Shown here: positions 23,640 to 35,926 of the stretch, piece by piece | How the letters are laid out: each line of letters begins with the position of its first letter | Numbering within the stretch: position 1 is the stretch's first letter | From: Amoebophrya sp. A120 | Lineage: Eukaryota > Protista > Dinoflagellata | Reading direction: 5' to 3' | Length of the DNA: 64,000 nt | Assembly: GCA_905178155.1 (NCBI GenBank) | Contig: CAJINV010000022.1 | Coordinates: 725,044-789,043 of the forward strand | The notes under the pieces: generated by a model | Seen by the model: the letters and a program-made list of their open reading frames with translations, nothing else | Databases searched by the model: none | What the model was told of the DNA's origin: nothing | Made by a program: the position numbers and the translations under genes

Positions 23640-26359
23640 CACAGGATCCACAGCAAGACAACATCCTGGCATCGACTAGGGAAATAGATGTCGAAATAGA
23701 CAAGAAGACTATTATGCAAATGTGACTGTCAAGACAGTAGCATCGCTTACACACCACATCATGCAGAGTCATTTTTAGAGGACAGCTGTGTTGTGATCTT
23801 TGCAGAAGCAGAAACACCAGTGTTTCAACAGGCGTACTCGGTGCTACAAGTTGGATTTCTCTGCTTGTCATGCATAAGGAAGGAACACGACAGGGAAGTG
23901 CAGGTGCGCGAAGCAAAACGTGATAAAATTCTGCAGGACAAGGAGAAGGAAATCAACATGATGATACACGACCTGCAACTATCCATTGCAAATGCGTCTG
24001 GGTCTGGTACGTGCAAACTTGTCCTGCTGAGTCCGACTTTGCATAAATAGCAAATGTATACCCGGTTACTGCGACGCAAAGAGCGAAGTTCCCATCGGGA
24101 GTAGGCATTAAGAAGATCTTGCCGCGCAATCTGTAATGCTTCTGGGTGCATTCCAGACGATTGTTCGTTTTTGTGCTCCGCGACGGGATGCATGACAAAC
24201 CTGGCATCCTTTCAAGCCCAGATCGATACTTGCAATGCATAAAAACAACAGCGCGACACGTTAATGTACGACTCGTCCATCGCACCGACTATGGCGACGC
24301 AAACTATTTCAGCTCAAATCTAATATTTCAAATTTCGTTTCACAAACTCAAGTAGGTATTTCCAAACAATTGCTATTTCAGGCAGTTTCCAAACAATAGC
24401 TTATTTCATATAGACGTAGTTAACACTGGGGTAGCGAACTTTGGAACAGTTTTGAATTGAAATAGTTTGCGTCGCCATACTATCAAATGTAAAAGTGTCT
24501 GGGTCTGGAAGATTAAAAACTTGTCATGCTAAATCTGAATGATGCAAAAATCTGTGTTGCGTGAGTGCCCAAAGCTGTCCGCCTTTGACCAAGTTGAGAG
24601 GGAGTTTCTCATGCAGGAAAGGCATGATAGAGACCTCAAAGAATCTGTCATGCTGGGTCTCGCATTCCACACCTCATGCGTCATGGAAAACCTGCATCAC
24701 AAATCTTGCATTCTTCCAGACAAAGACATTTTTACAGTTGATACCTACCGACAGCCAGAGGCGTACTCGGCTACGTGTACATATCGCGAGGAAAAAAACC
24801 CCCTCCCCACATGAAAGGGAGGCTTCTGATGCTGGATTTGCGTACACAAATCAGACTTGTCGTGCAGAAGGTGCTGGGCGGCAGAAGTCAGATCGTGTCG
24901 AAAGCGCATGACAGACTCACTGTGGCATGCGCCACATGGATCCCAGTAACCTATACGCAAGACAAACGAGATTTTGGACCACAAATCAGCATCACAAATT
25001 TCCACTTTGACATTGGGAGGGGGGATTTATTTTCTTCTCGATATTACAACGAGGAAGTTTTCATGCCGGAATCCTCGCCATGGACGCCACATCTCCTTCA
25101 GTTTTTCGCACCCTGTTGAAGAACGTGCCCATCCCTAGACTGTCATGCGGGTTTGCAAAAATGACAGGAACATTTGTGATGCGCATTCCAATGACAGACA
25201 TGATTTTTCGTCGAGTTTTGGAATTTGTAATGCTGTAGACAGGTACTAAAAAGCTGAAGGATTCGGATATGCGGTTGTCCTTCTTCTCGCTAGCAGCACG
25301 CAGCATCTTCACAATGCAGAGAAACACTTGCTAGGCGTGACTCCCAAAAGTTCTTGGTTTGTTCTTGCAACATCTTCGTCCTAAATCTGGGCAGGTGGGG
25401 ACGTTTTTACATAGGATATTTCGGTTCACAACAAAAGGTCGTGCGTCCTGCGTTTCAAAACCTGGACATATCCAAGAAAAAAACTGTGTTAGTGGAGGTG
25501 TCTTCGGGTGACAGCATGAGAAATTTATTGTTCTGCATGACAGAAAAATCTGTCACGCACAGCTAGGAAGTGAAAACACGTATGAAAAGAGGGCATTGTG
25601 GATGGCCAGCATGACAAGCGTAACTGTAGTATGGTGTGCTTTGCATTACAGACTTCAGCTTACACATCTTTTTTCTCGCATAGGACACACAAACGATCCA
25701 CTATTACGAAGACGAACCGGTAATCGTGAAGGCGCCTACCTCGTATCCTGAATAAAAACGTCTCTGCCCCATATTCAAGTCGGAAAACCAGCTAGACAAG
25801 TCAAGCAGCTTTGGTTGTTTCGCATGACAAGTTTGTTCGCGTAGTGTACTCCTGTTTAGCTTGCTCAGCAGCAATTTCACAGACCTAGCATGTCATGCTG
25901 ATTGAAGTATCACAAACTCCAAAACACGACAAAAAATGCTTCGCATGGGGCTCCGCATGAGGAACTTTTCTGGCATGCGGATTTGCATGACAACTCTGGG
26001 GTGGGGACGTTTTTACTCAGAATAGCGAACTGACGGAGCGTATCAGAGAGGAAAAGAAAGAACGAGGATACTTTGTCACCCCTGCTGTGTTATCAAATGC
26101 AAAAATGTCTGGGTCTGGAAGATTCCGAGACGTGTCATGCAGATTTTCCATGATCCATGTTGTCTGGAATGCAGGGCCTAGCATGACAGATTCTGTGAGA
26201 TCCCTATCATGCCTATCCTGCATGAGAAACTTCCTCTCGACTAGTTCAAAAGTGCGCAACTTTTGGCAATCATGCAACACAGTTTTTTGCTTGATTCAGA
26301 TTTAGCATGACAAGTAGCATTCTTCCAGACCCAGACATTTTTGCATTTGATATGTGTAG
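23640..26359 (+). CDS. Hypothetical protein with small exons separated by about 8 introners; both ends uncertain
   Basis: Removal gives ..EHDREVQVREAKRDKILQDKEKEINMMIHDLQ|QQRDTLMYDSSIAPT|ARGVLGYVY|NEEVFMPESSPWTPHLLQFF|GSQQKVVRPAFQNLD|TQTIHYYEDEPVIVKAPTS|LTERIREEKKERGYFVTPAV*. Confidence 0.6.
23980..24241. mobile_element. Introner family A
   Basis: TIR pair; DR GCAAC/AAAAC. Confidence 0.83.
24290..24479. mobile_element. Introner family D
   Basis: Perfect TIR TATGGCGACGCAAACTATTTCA ... TGAAATAGTTTGCGTCGCCATA; DR CCGAC. Confidence 0.92.
24481..24743. mobile_element. Introner family A inserted at the end of family D
   Basis: TIR pair; DR CATAC/CCTAC. Confidence 0.9.
24782..25043. mobile_element. 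Introner family B
   Basis: TATCGCGAGGAAAAAAACCCCCTCCC ... GGGAGGGGGGATTTATTTTCTTCTCGATA; DR GTACA/TTACA. Confidence 0.88.
25109..25418. mobile_element. Introner family G
   Basis: Exact DR TTTCG; AACGTGCCC/GGGACGTT inverted arms. Confidence 0.82.
25469..25682. mobile_element. Introner, minor family
   Basis: TATCCAAGAAAAAAA ... TTTTTTCTCGCATA; exact DR GGACA. Confidence 0.85.
25744..26024. mobile_element. Introner family G
   Basis: TATCCTGAATAAAAACGTC ... GACGTTTTTACTCAGAATA; DR diverged. Confidence 0.82.
26091..26352. mobile_element. Introner family A
   Basis: Near-perfect TIR; exact DR TGTGT. Confidence 0.94.
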
Positions 26360-26552
26360 GAAGTTGGCAATTTTTCGTGCATACAACTCGTGTGCACAAC
26401 GAAAAGGGGGCGCCAGAGTGCGCCATGGGTTCCAGAGTGCGAACGCTGTTGCCCGCATTTCGTGTCATGCAAAAGTTTCAGGAGTCGCGCATCAGTAGCT
26501 GGCACGAAACAAACAATATCATGTAAGTGGCAAACAAACAATTTAGATTTAG

Positions 26553-29500
26553 ATGCGGTATTTTGAAGATTATCCGGCCTCTCTTTTCCGGATGATAAAC
26601 GAAAAGGAATACATCCAGAATTCGGGCATCAACATCACCAAGGAACTGCTGCATGACGTAAACTATCTACGCATTGTAAATATGTCTGGGCCTGGAAGAG
26701 TTGCAATTTGTGATGCAGCAAACTCTGGAACCTACAAACATGTGTGTTGCATGAGCAGCAAATAAAGCTGCTTTCATTTCTTGCAACGCATAAAAAAAAA
26801 GTAACGAGCTTCTATAGTATGTGGAACAGGCGTCTAGAGGCGTGCACAAAAAATGTAGGGCTTTTGCGAGCGTTAGGTACCATTGGAGTGCTCCTCCAAA
26901 AGAACCGTAGCGAACAACTGCATTCTTCCAGACCCAGACATGTTTGCAGTGTATAGTATCCTACCCTATGAAAAATTCTACCCACCCCAGAGCTGTGACA
27001 GATGATCTTGCCCATGCGCAGAAAAAGTGTCATGCGGTTCTCCACGGAGGGCACCATTTTGTACTGGTGCTCCACGTCATCACTTTGCCATAGTTTGATC
27101 AGAGTAGCGAAACTTTATTTGTCATGCGGCTGCAAGAAGATTGCAAACTTGTGAAGATACCGAAGTGGGTTAGTTTTTCTGCAGGATACGTTCGATAACA
27201 GATAAGGGCGAAATCAGCAGAAGTTCTACGACCGTTCCTCCAAGCACCATTCCAATGGACGTCGACGAAATGCCGACGTCGGTGCTCGGCACTCCAACGT
27301 ACGCGAGCGGGGGTGGCAGTTCTCCTGACAACATAGGTACTTCTTCGATTTTGCTGCTTTTCGTGTCGTGGTTTCCGTCTATTTAAAGGTTGTCTTAGTA
27401 GAATACCTTCGTGTAAAACAGTGCAATTTATGAAAGTGAAAAAAGCACCCTCCCCCTTTCGAAAGAGCATCACGAGGAAATTTGTGTTGCGTATTTGTGT
27501 AGGCAAAAGCCTCTGTATTGCATACTTGAGAAGCAAGCAGAGCGAAACGGCGCACTGAGCAGGCCATCTGTGATGCGTTTTAGTCTACAGCAGCAGCGTG
27601 TATCATGCAGAAAACCTACACTTTTAGAGGCCTAAACAGACGTAATGCGCCTCTGCTTTGTTCTTACGAAAAAAGAGCCGATGTGTGACCACAAATCTGC
27701 ATCACAGATTTCCGCTTTGATATGGGGAGGGGGGATTTTTCTCTTTGATACAACTGTCAAAATCAGGTGAAACACGACAGCAAGGCGGGTACGCGTTGGA
27801 AATAAGTATGTCTACAGGGTCTGGAAACTTGTGATGCGAGTTAGTGAATATGAAGCTCTCTGTAATGCACCGCCTAGTACAAAGACAGGCTTTTTCATCG
27901 CGCTGTGTATGTGTTGCGTGATCTGCATGAGAAACTGCGTTTTTGCATGACAGTCAAGAGGAACTTTTTGTAGCCACGTAACACAGAGGCCAGAGTCATG
28001 CCAGACATCCATGACAAAGCTAAAGATCTTCCCGACCCAGACATATTTGCATTTGATAACCCTGGCCACATACCAACCGCGGAGGAATTGAAGATTGTCC
28101 GCATGCTATGCCGTGCAAAAGTATCGCACTCATGCTTGTCTTCGCTTTGTAGCATGCTGGAAGAAACTTTTTCTATACCGGGATAAGCATTACAGATTTC
28201 ATTTTTCTTTCTGCAGAAACTCAAAAAAAAAAAATGTAATGCTTTTATAAGGTAGAGCGTGTCTTGCGCTTTTGCACTGCACATGTGCGCCGTCTGATCG
28301 ACACTATCACGTGCAACTACCTCTGGTTCTGGAACAGTACTCGTGTTTGCCATGCCAATTTTTTCCTTTGCCCCACGGATTCTGATTCATTGTCGAATGC
28401 ATTATGGCCGAGGATTACAAACTTGCAAAAAACCACGGGCTCCGAATGCCATTGCAAATTTGCGAAAACATAGGCGAAGTGGAACTGTGCGCCAAAAAAA
28501 TGTGCAGCTGCCTTCAATACACATGAAGAATCTTCCACCTACAGGGAGCATCGCAAATGCACTTTTCCAGACCCAGACATATTCCCGATGAATACTTAAT
28601 AGATTTTGGACTTTCAAGATCAATGGGCTTGGCAAATCCAAGGGGTTCTTCGTCGTGCTCAAGGGCATCCCGGGGCTACACCGTATCGATTACGAAACCA
28701 AGGACCGCGAACGGTTGTCCCTCTACGGGTGCTATCCACTGCAAATATGTCTGGGTCTGGAAGAATGCAAGGCTGTCATGCTTGTTTTGCCTGAGCTTCT
28801 ACATCTCCTTAACCCTCTGACGCATAAGGAGAAAAAGAGCCTTAGCTGTCATGCAAAAACGCAACTTGCAATGCAGAAAACGCAACGCGTAGGAACTCAG
28901 GAAGGTGTCATGCTTGGCTCCGTAGTGTAGCGCGCCTACAACCATTGCCAATTGAGACATGTTTGCGTTGCAGAGATGCACGTTTAGAAAGCAATGGAGC
29001 AAACAGTTGCACCAGCAGCGGCAGGAACAGAGGAAACGGAATGCAAAGATCAACAAGAACAACAGCAGCGGAACAATAACTACAAATAGCCCACCAGCTG
29101 ACGGGTGGGTAGATGGGTGGGATGAAGGCCAATCCGTAGGATACTGTATGTACAGCAGGTGCAAGCGAAATAGTCCGGTAAGCGAGATGGAACAGCGGGA
29201 CTTGACGAACCACATCTGCGACAAGAAGTGGGTTCCGGTCAAGGATTGCGAGTACGAGTATATGGACTCGCTCTACTTATTACAGTGAAAAATGCCCCCC
29301 ACCCCCGAAGTTGTAATAATTTGTGATGCGAAGTTTCCAAATGAACGGCCTTTGTCATGCATGAAAGGAGTGTGATTCTTTGTGATGCAGAGTCTAGGCG
29401 TATATAGCATTGATTGCATGACGCTCTTGCTGGGATCTTTTGCAATACAAATTTTCGCTATTCACGATTGGAATAAATCTGTGATGCTGATAGATGCAAG

Positions 29501-29634
29501 AGGGGGAGTGTATCACTCTGATAGGTTTGCAATACAAATGCCCCCAAGTTCGGGGGTGGGGGCATTTTTCATTGTAGTACCCCTATCTCGTGCAGCAGCC
29601 GGACCCGAAGTATGACTTCGTCACTAAGCGCTGA
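26553..29634 (+). CDS. Multi-exon hypothetical protein, may be continuous with the upstream model
   Basis: Exon-like segments MRYFEDYPASLF.., SITDKGEISRSS.., FWTFKINGLGKSKGFFVVLKG.., ..DKKWVPVKDCEYEYMDSLY|YLVQQPDPKYDFVTKR* between introners; not all joins resolved. Confidence 0.45.
26668..26955. mobile_element. Introner family A
   Basis: TIR pair; DR CTATC/GTATC. Confidence 0.8.
27429..27750. mobile_element. Introner family B
   Basis: TIR pair; DR CAATT/CAACT. Confidence 0.82.
28733..28980. mobile_element. Introner family A, right end diverged
   Basis: TATCCACTGCAAATATGTCTGGGTCTGGAAG ... AGACATGTTTGCG. Confidence 0.7.
29278..29579. mobile_element. Introner, family B-like
   Basis: About 30-bp TIR TATTACAGTGAAAAATGCCCCC..CCCCGAA / TTCGGGGGTGGGGGCATTTTTCATTGTAGTA. 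Confidence 0.9.
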
Positions 29635-29869
29635 GAAATCGTACTCCCCCCCCATAGTGTATACAAGCCAAGCATCTCGCAAGGCCACGCATGAGGAATC
29701 AATCTAGCTGAAAGTCCCATGGCACCACTTCGATTTCAGCATTACAAATTTGATAGAGTTTCGACAAGCCATATACAAAATGCGTGTGATGAAAAGCCGA
29801 CTGAGAAACCTCATGCACATGGCAGATTTGCATGACAAACCTGGAGTGGGTACGTTTTTACAAATGATA

Positions 29870-32800
29870 AGCGTATCCGTCAACTGTCCTCTCGAAGAAA
29901 ATATCAAATGTAAAAATGTCTGGGTCTGGAAGAATACAAGATTTGCGATGCAGGTTTTCCATGATCCTTGAGGTCTGGAATGCGAAACCCAGCATGACAG
30001 ATTCATGGAGGTCTCTATCATGCCTTTCCTGCATGAGAAACTCCCTCTCAACTTGGTCAAAAGCAGACAGCTTTTGGCACCCACGCAACACAGATTTTTG
30101 CATCATTCAGACCAGCCATGCCCCGGCTCACGCCGGGTGGAGCGGCTGTTGTGGTGGGGCAGGACGATTTGCGGATCGGGCCACAGTGCCAAAGCTTTGC
30201 GCCCGGCGTGATAGGTCGAAGGAAGTACTGGCGCCGGTTTGCGCCATTTCAACCCGCTAGGCCTCCTGCGCGCTTCCCGCGCATTGTTCAGGCGCTATGC
30301 GCAGGCAGCAGTTGCAGCGAAGCTTGGGGGCGAAGCGAAGCCGCCTCGGCGTAGGTGCCTGTCGAGGCAGAACGGGGGCCGCGATGCCCTTTTGTGATCA
30401 CACGCGAGAGGGTGGCCAGAGAGGGTGGCGCGACAGGGTGGCGCGAGAGGGTGCGTGAGAGGTTGGCGCGAGAGGGCGCGAGCCTACGTGACGAAAAAGG
30501 CCCAAAAAATCGACCCTGTGCCGGGCGGATTCGGGTTTTCTTAACCGCCTCGCAGACCCTCTTTTTCACCTCTGCCGAGGGGCGCGCCTAATAGTCCGGC
30601 TATACTCGCCGGTAGAGGTCTACAGAGGTGGCCGAGAGGTGGCCCAGAGGGTGCGCGAGAGGTTCGCCCTTATTCGCGCAACCTCTCGGCACCTCTGTCC
30701 CCCTCTCGCTTACCCTCTCCCGACCCTCTCGGCCACCTCCGTCCCCCTTAGGCGCGGTTGTAGGGCGACCGGTTCGGCTGGCTATACTCGCGCCACCTCT
30801 CGGCCACCCTCCCGAATGACCTCCCGCGCCACCTCTCCACCTCTGCGGACCTCTTTTTGATCTCTTTTCACCTCTTTTTGACCTCTCGGCCACCTCTCTT
30901 CTATCCTCTGTAGACCTCTTTTTTCGCATGAATATAATAGATAGTATTTTGACATGACAAGTTCTAATCTTCCAGACCCAGACATTTTTACATTCGATAG
31001 AAAAACGATACGGACAAATTTCGCGAGCGGAATACGACGCGGCGAAAAAACACGACGGAAACGGTGCGGCGAGTCTCGACGAGTGGTTCGTGTGCGATCA
31101 TCTGTGCCCTTTATCGTAGAAAAAAGAACACCACTCCAGTACCCAGTGACAGGACCATGATTTGCCATGCTATAGTTAGGGATCACAAGAAAAAAGAGAA
31201 CATGTCGTCTGCCCAGCAGCAGACATTCTACGCTTTCCATGGCAACAAAATGTCTTGGCATTGCCGAGTTTTTTGACGACACACTTGTAGCGAAACGAAA
31301 GGCAGTTGCAGGCCTTTTCTTCTGTGATTGGGTCTACTTTTTTCTGCGATACCGTGGAAGCGACTCGAAGGCGCACGTGTGGCGGAAGTACACCGGCTCG
31401 TCTCCACCAGTTGACGGACCTTATCCTGCTGAAAAGTACAATCACACCCAAAGAAAAAAGTTTCTGTTGCCAGTATTTTCAGTTCGCTCAAAAGCAACGC
31501 TGTATTTCGGTTGACAGATACTTAGGAGAAAACAAACTCCGAAAAAGTTTGTCTTGCACGATATGCAATGCACAGGTTTAGTAGTGGTGAACATAACTGC
31601 AACCAAAGCTAATCCTTGTATTTGTGTATGAGCGGTGTGCAGCTTTTCGCTGTGATGAACCAGCTTGGCTTTACAACTACATCTGGGACAACGACGGCTA
31701 CCTTGTCCAGCCACAGAACATGCCTGGAGCAGCACCGCAGACCCTTATCAGAAGGAAAAATCCCGCCTCCCCATATCGAAAAGAAAATTTGTGATGCTGC
31801 TTTGTGACCACGAATCAGCTTTGTCTTGCGTACAAGGCGATCGGCGGCCATGTGGCGCATTATGCAGCGAGTCTGTCATGCGGTTTCGCCTATGTCAGAC
31901 TTGTTTCGCATGCTCAGCTGCTAGCCGGATGTGTACCCGGGGGGGCTTAGAATATGCTGACAAGCTCTTGCCGCAATACAGAGCTCATTGGTGTACACAA
32001 ATCCAGCATCAACGCAAATTGTCTTCCAAATATGGGGTGGGGGCTTTTTTCACTTGGATAACGCTGCAGCAAATTTTTCGGCATCCGGAAAACCCCGAGA
32101 CCGAGAGCCTGTTCTTCCTGGGAATAAATAACAAGAGGTTCGAGAAAGTTGCCCCAATGTCGACGGAACAGAAATACTATATCGACGCGATGGCGCGGGA
32201 TTATCCGGCGGCTGATTTCTACTGGATTATGCATTGCAATATGTCTGGGTCTGGGAACTTGCAATGCTGGGATGTGAATACGATTGGTGAGCTCTTTGTA
32301 ATGCACACGCACAGCCAAGTATGACGAGAAATATAATTGGGCTTTCCGCACGACAAACTGCGTTTTTGCATGACAGGCGCCAGGATCTCTTCTTGGACAC
32401 GCATCACTAACTCTGCAGTCAGGGCAGACAAGCATGACAAACGTTGCCGGTTTCCAGACCCAGACACATGTGCCCTGGATATGTCTGGTAGTGGGTCATG
32501 GAGGGTTTGGGGACTCGTTTCTGGTGGCTTTCGCCCGGAATTATCAAACTGAAAAGTACAGCACCGCCAGTTTTCATCTTTGCCGCAGTTTGTATACACC
32601 ACTAGAGCAGAAGTCCGCTTCGATGCGGCATCCATCGTCACAAATTTTTGCGCCAGTTTTTTTCCCCATCTGCAGTTGCAGAGCTCATTTTGCGTTTCGC
32701 GACAGCAAAAACGCATTTTCTGCATGCCCACCGCGGAATGCGGCCCAGGTGTTTACTTTTCTGCTTGATATCGATGCGCCGACGACGGAGTGCGCGACCG

Positions 32801-33430
32801 CGATCGCACCGATAAAAGGCGGGTCTGTTGAGTATAAGAACTTTGATGTTTTGTTCTTATTCTACCCATGTCAAGCACTGAAAAAGCAAAATTACGTGTT
32901 CGCACTTCATTGCAGGTTTTGTTGCCGCGATCTATTTTTTTTATTTCTCTGATCATGAATACATCACTACAGGTACCAGCGAGAATTTGAAGACCTGGCC
33001 CGCAAAGGATACCGTACGTGCAAAATGTCTTCGCTTATGCAAGACAAATGTGTCTGGGTCTAGAAGACTGCAACGTGTCATGCTGATGCTATGTTGCATG
33101 CACGGCCGCAAGCGCTATTCACTCTCTGCCGCGCAAAGGGCGAGTTTTTCACGTGGAATAGGTATCAAAGAGCTGTTGCACAAATCGAGAATGTGATGCA
33201 GCTTCCGGTTGCATTTCGTCTAGATCATTTTACATTTGTGTGTTGCACCAGGTGCATGACAAATCTAAGCAACCTCCCAAATCCAGACACATTTGCAGGG
33301 CATATCGGAAGATCTGGATATGGTGAAAAACCTTATCGATAACAAGGTTTGGTTTCCGATCCCGGACGCCAAGTATCAACGTGGAAGGTTCTCCCAGTCT
33401 TACAATTTCGAAGTGCGTGCCTTGCCATGA
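29870..33430 (+). CDS. Multi-exon hypothetical protein (7 introners plus one GT-AG intron), start unresolved
   Basis: Continuous frame after removals: NCPLEE|KRYGQISRAEYDAAKKH..DHLC|PGSDSKAHVWRKY..DGP|AWLYNYIWDNDGYLVQP..QT|LQQIFRHPEN..DFYW|MVVGHGGFGDSFLVAFARN|APTTEC..SV|EYQREFEDLARKGYRTCKMSS|QDLDMVKNLIDNKVWFPIPDAKYQ..VRALP*. Confidence 0.7.
29902..30999. mobile_element. Introner family A carrying an 830-bp insertion
   Basis: Family A TIRs; exact DR GAAAA. Confidence 0.9.
30112..30941 (-). mobile_element. Putative non-autonomous Helitron-like element nested in an introner
   Basis: Minus strand: A|TCTATTATATTC ... hairpin CCCGGC-GTGA-GCCGGG, GCATGG, CTGG|T; no TSD. Confidence 0.7.
31112..31351. 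mobile_element. Introner, minor family
   Basis: TATCGTAGAAAAAAG ... CTTTTTTCTGCGATA; DR CCCTT/CCGTG. Confidence 0.82.
31746..32060. mobile_element. Introner family B
   Basis: Closely similar to 63094-63408; DR ACCCT/ACGCT. Confidence 0.9.
32228..32481. mobile_element. Introner family A
   Basis: TIR pair; DR TGGAT/TGTCT. Confidence 0.82.
33036..33304. mobile_element. Introner family A
   Basis: TIR pair; DR TCGCT/TCGGA. Confidence 0.82.
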
Positions 33431-34521
33431 ACGAACGCGGCGTGGAATAAAAAAATAAAGTGTTTTCACACGACAACCACAAAAGCTATTTCGAAGTAAG
33501 ACCCAGGGATACTTTCCACGATGATACAAAATTGCAAGCCGCTGGGAGAAAGACCCGAAGCGTTTTTTTCACGGTGTCGGGAGGTGATAGCGAAAAATAG
33601 TATCATGTGAAAAAAAAGCTGCTTCAACATCATGCGCAATCGTAGAATTTTGCACGGCGTTTTGTCCTTAGCGACAAGGACAACCCACAACAGCATCGCT
33701 TTGATGCAACAAAGAGCCGGCTTTTTCATTAGTGGAAGAAGGATTGAAATTCTACTTTCTTGCAGCCATTCCACGAAACAAACAAGCTCCATGTTTGTTC
33801 AAGCATCTGCATTTGAGAAACGGAAAGACGTATCTGCCAACGGTAAACCAGTTTGTTGCACCAATGCACCCCGCATTTTCATCGTGAAGCAGATGGTTTT
33901 TTTCACTTTGATAAACCCCAAATGATCTTTCGGATGATTATGGGACTATCCCACAGAAAAGTACACTCAGGCATTATTTGGAAAAATTTGTCGGCAGCCT
34001 TTAGCTTGACCTGACAAATCATCCCCTTCCCATCAAAAAAGAGATGACGTGACGTTTCGATCACCGAAAACAGAGAAAGCGCATGACAAGTTTGTAGATA
34101 TGCGAATTCGAATATCGAAAGCCTGTACTTTTCGGTGTGATACGTGTTGCCCACCCCCAACGGCCTCACAGCAACCGTCTGCGAAAAACTTATCAAATAG
34201 AAGTGCCCATCTACTTCTGAATACAACAAGGCATTTTCTGTTTTGTGGCTTTACCATAGTCACAAAACTTCAGCAATTTTGCGTCATGTGAAAGCATACG
34301 CTCTTTGTACTGCGGATAAGCACTTACGAAAGATATCTGACAAATCTGTCGCGCCTTTCGGCCAAAAAGCGCTGCTCCCTTGTGACACTAAGCACAACTT
34401 GAACTTCTGCAGCGAGAGATTTTGACCAATTGCATGAAATAGATGTGCCTTTCTCTTTGATACTGGAGTTTTTTTGTCCGAGGGGGGGCGACAGGTGGAG
34501 GTACGAGAAGGATCTCCAAAC

Positions 34522-34791
34522 TATGCATTGCAAATATGTCTGGATCTGGAAAGGATGGGATTTGTCATACTAATTTTTTCATGCTAGTACAAGAAATACA
34601 AAAGCCTGTATTGCATGAGCATCAAATAGCGCAAACCCGAAGGGGGTATTTGTCATGCAGGATAGAATGAGCAAGCCTTGGCGAGCGGCGTGAAGACGCT
34701 AGAGCACGCATTACGGGCAACGCGGTTCATGTACAATTACGCATGACAAACTTCCCCAATATTCCAGATCCAGACCTATTTGCTATGGATA
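34522..34791. mobile_element. Introner family A
   Basis: TIR pair; DR CAAAC/CCAAC. Confidence 0.85.
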
Positions 34792-35055
34792 CCAACTACA
34801 GTGAAGCACCCACAGTAGAGGCGGATCGATCGTAACCTTCACATCAGTACCAACAGGAAAATAATACACACAGTAATTGTAGCAACAAATCTTCAACATC
34901 AACATCTTCCCTTTCAACCATCGAATCTACTTCATTTCAAGCGTCTTCTGTGCCAACATGACGAGTTGCGGAATAAGTGAACGAAAAGTAAACTTTGTAA
35001 TGCCCATCATCATCCGTTCGCGGTTCCGGGTTCCGGAGAAGCAGTAAGCCGCAAC

Positions 35056-35321
35056 TATCAAATGCAAAAATATCTGGGTCTGGAAGGATGCGAACTTGTG
35101 ATGCGTGTCGCGGATCAACATACAAAAATCTGTGTTGCAGGACTTGCAGAAGGTTCCCATTTCTAGCCATGCCGAGGGGGCATTTCTCATGCAAAATAGG
35201 CATCACCAAGGGGCTGCAGAACCTGTGATGCTAGGCCCTGCATTCCAGACTTGGCGGAGCTTGGAAAAACTGCATGACAAATCTCAGAATCTTCCAGACC
35301 TAGACATTTTTACATTTGATA
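35056..35321. mobile_element. Introner family A
   Basis: TIR pair; exact DR GCAAC. Confidence 0.93.
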
Positions 35322-35653
35322 GCAACAGCTCGTGTACAACACGGTCTGAACAAGTTCGTCGGGCACAAGCGTCAAACACAATAGGAGTGCACCGAGCGGC
35401 GTGATACCGCTGTCCAAACCAGATGTGGTGAAGACGTGGTAAGATGATTATATATTCTTTTTTGTTTCAAGCGAAACAGTTCTCATGCACGCAATGGCAT
35501 GGATACTTTTACTTCACCGAAATCGCATGGCATGAATAATTTACGAAGGATTTGTTCTAACAGAACGAAAAATAAAAATCATCAGGTTCTTAGGTGGCGC
35601 GTCGTCGTCGATTCGTCGCTAGTCATCTGGAGGTCAAGCAGCTCCGCCGTCCA

Positions 35654-35926
35654 TATGCATTGCAAAAATGTCTGGGCCGGAAAGAGGTCGAGTTTGCCAT
35701 GCTAAGTCGGAGCGGTGACGCAAATGTGCAGGACGATGTTATTTCTCATGAAGGAGGATGGCATTTCTCATGCAAGATGGGTGTTACGAAGCCCTCGCAG
35801 AAGCTGTGAAATAAACGTTACACCTCCCATTCCAGACCTCGTGGGCCAGAGCTGTGCGGAACCTGCATGACAAACATTGCATCCTTACGACTTCAGATGA
35901 CTGCTCAGACATATCTGCAATGCATA
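35654..35926. mobile_element. Introner family A
   Basis: TIR pair; exact DR GTCCA. Confidence 0.87.
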
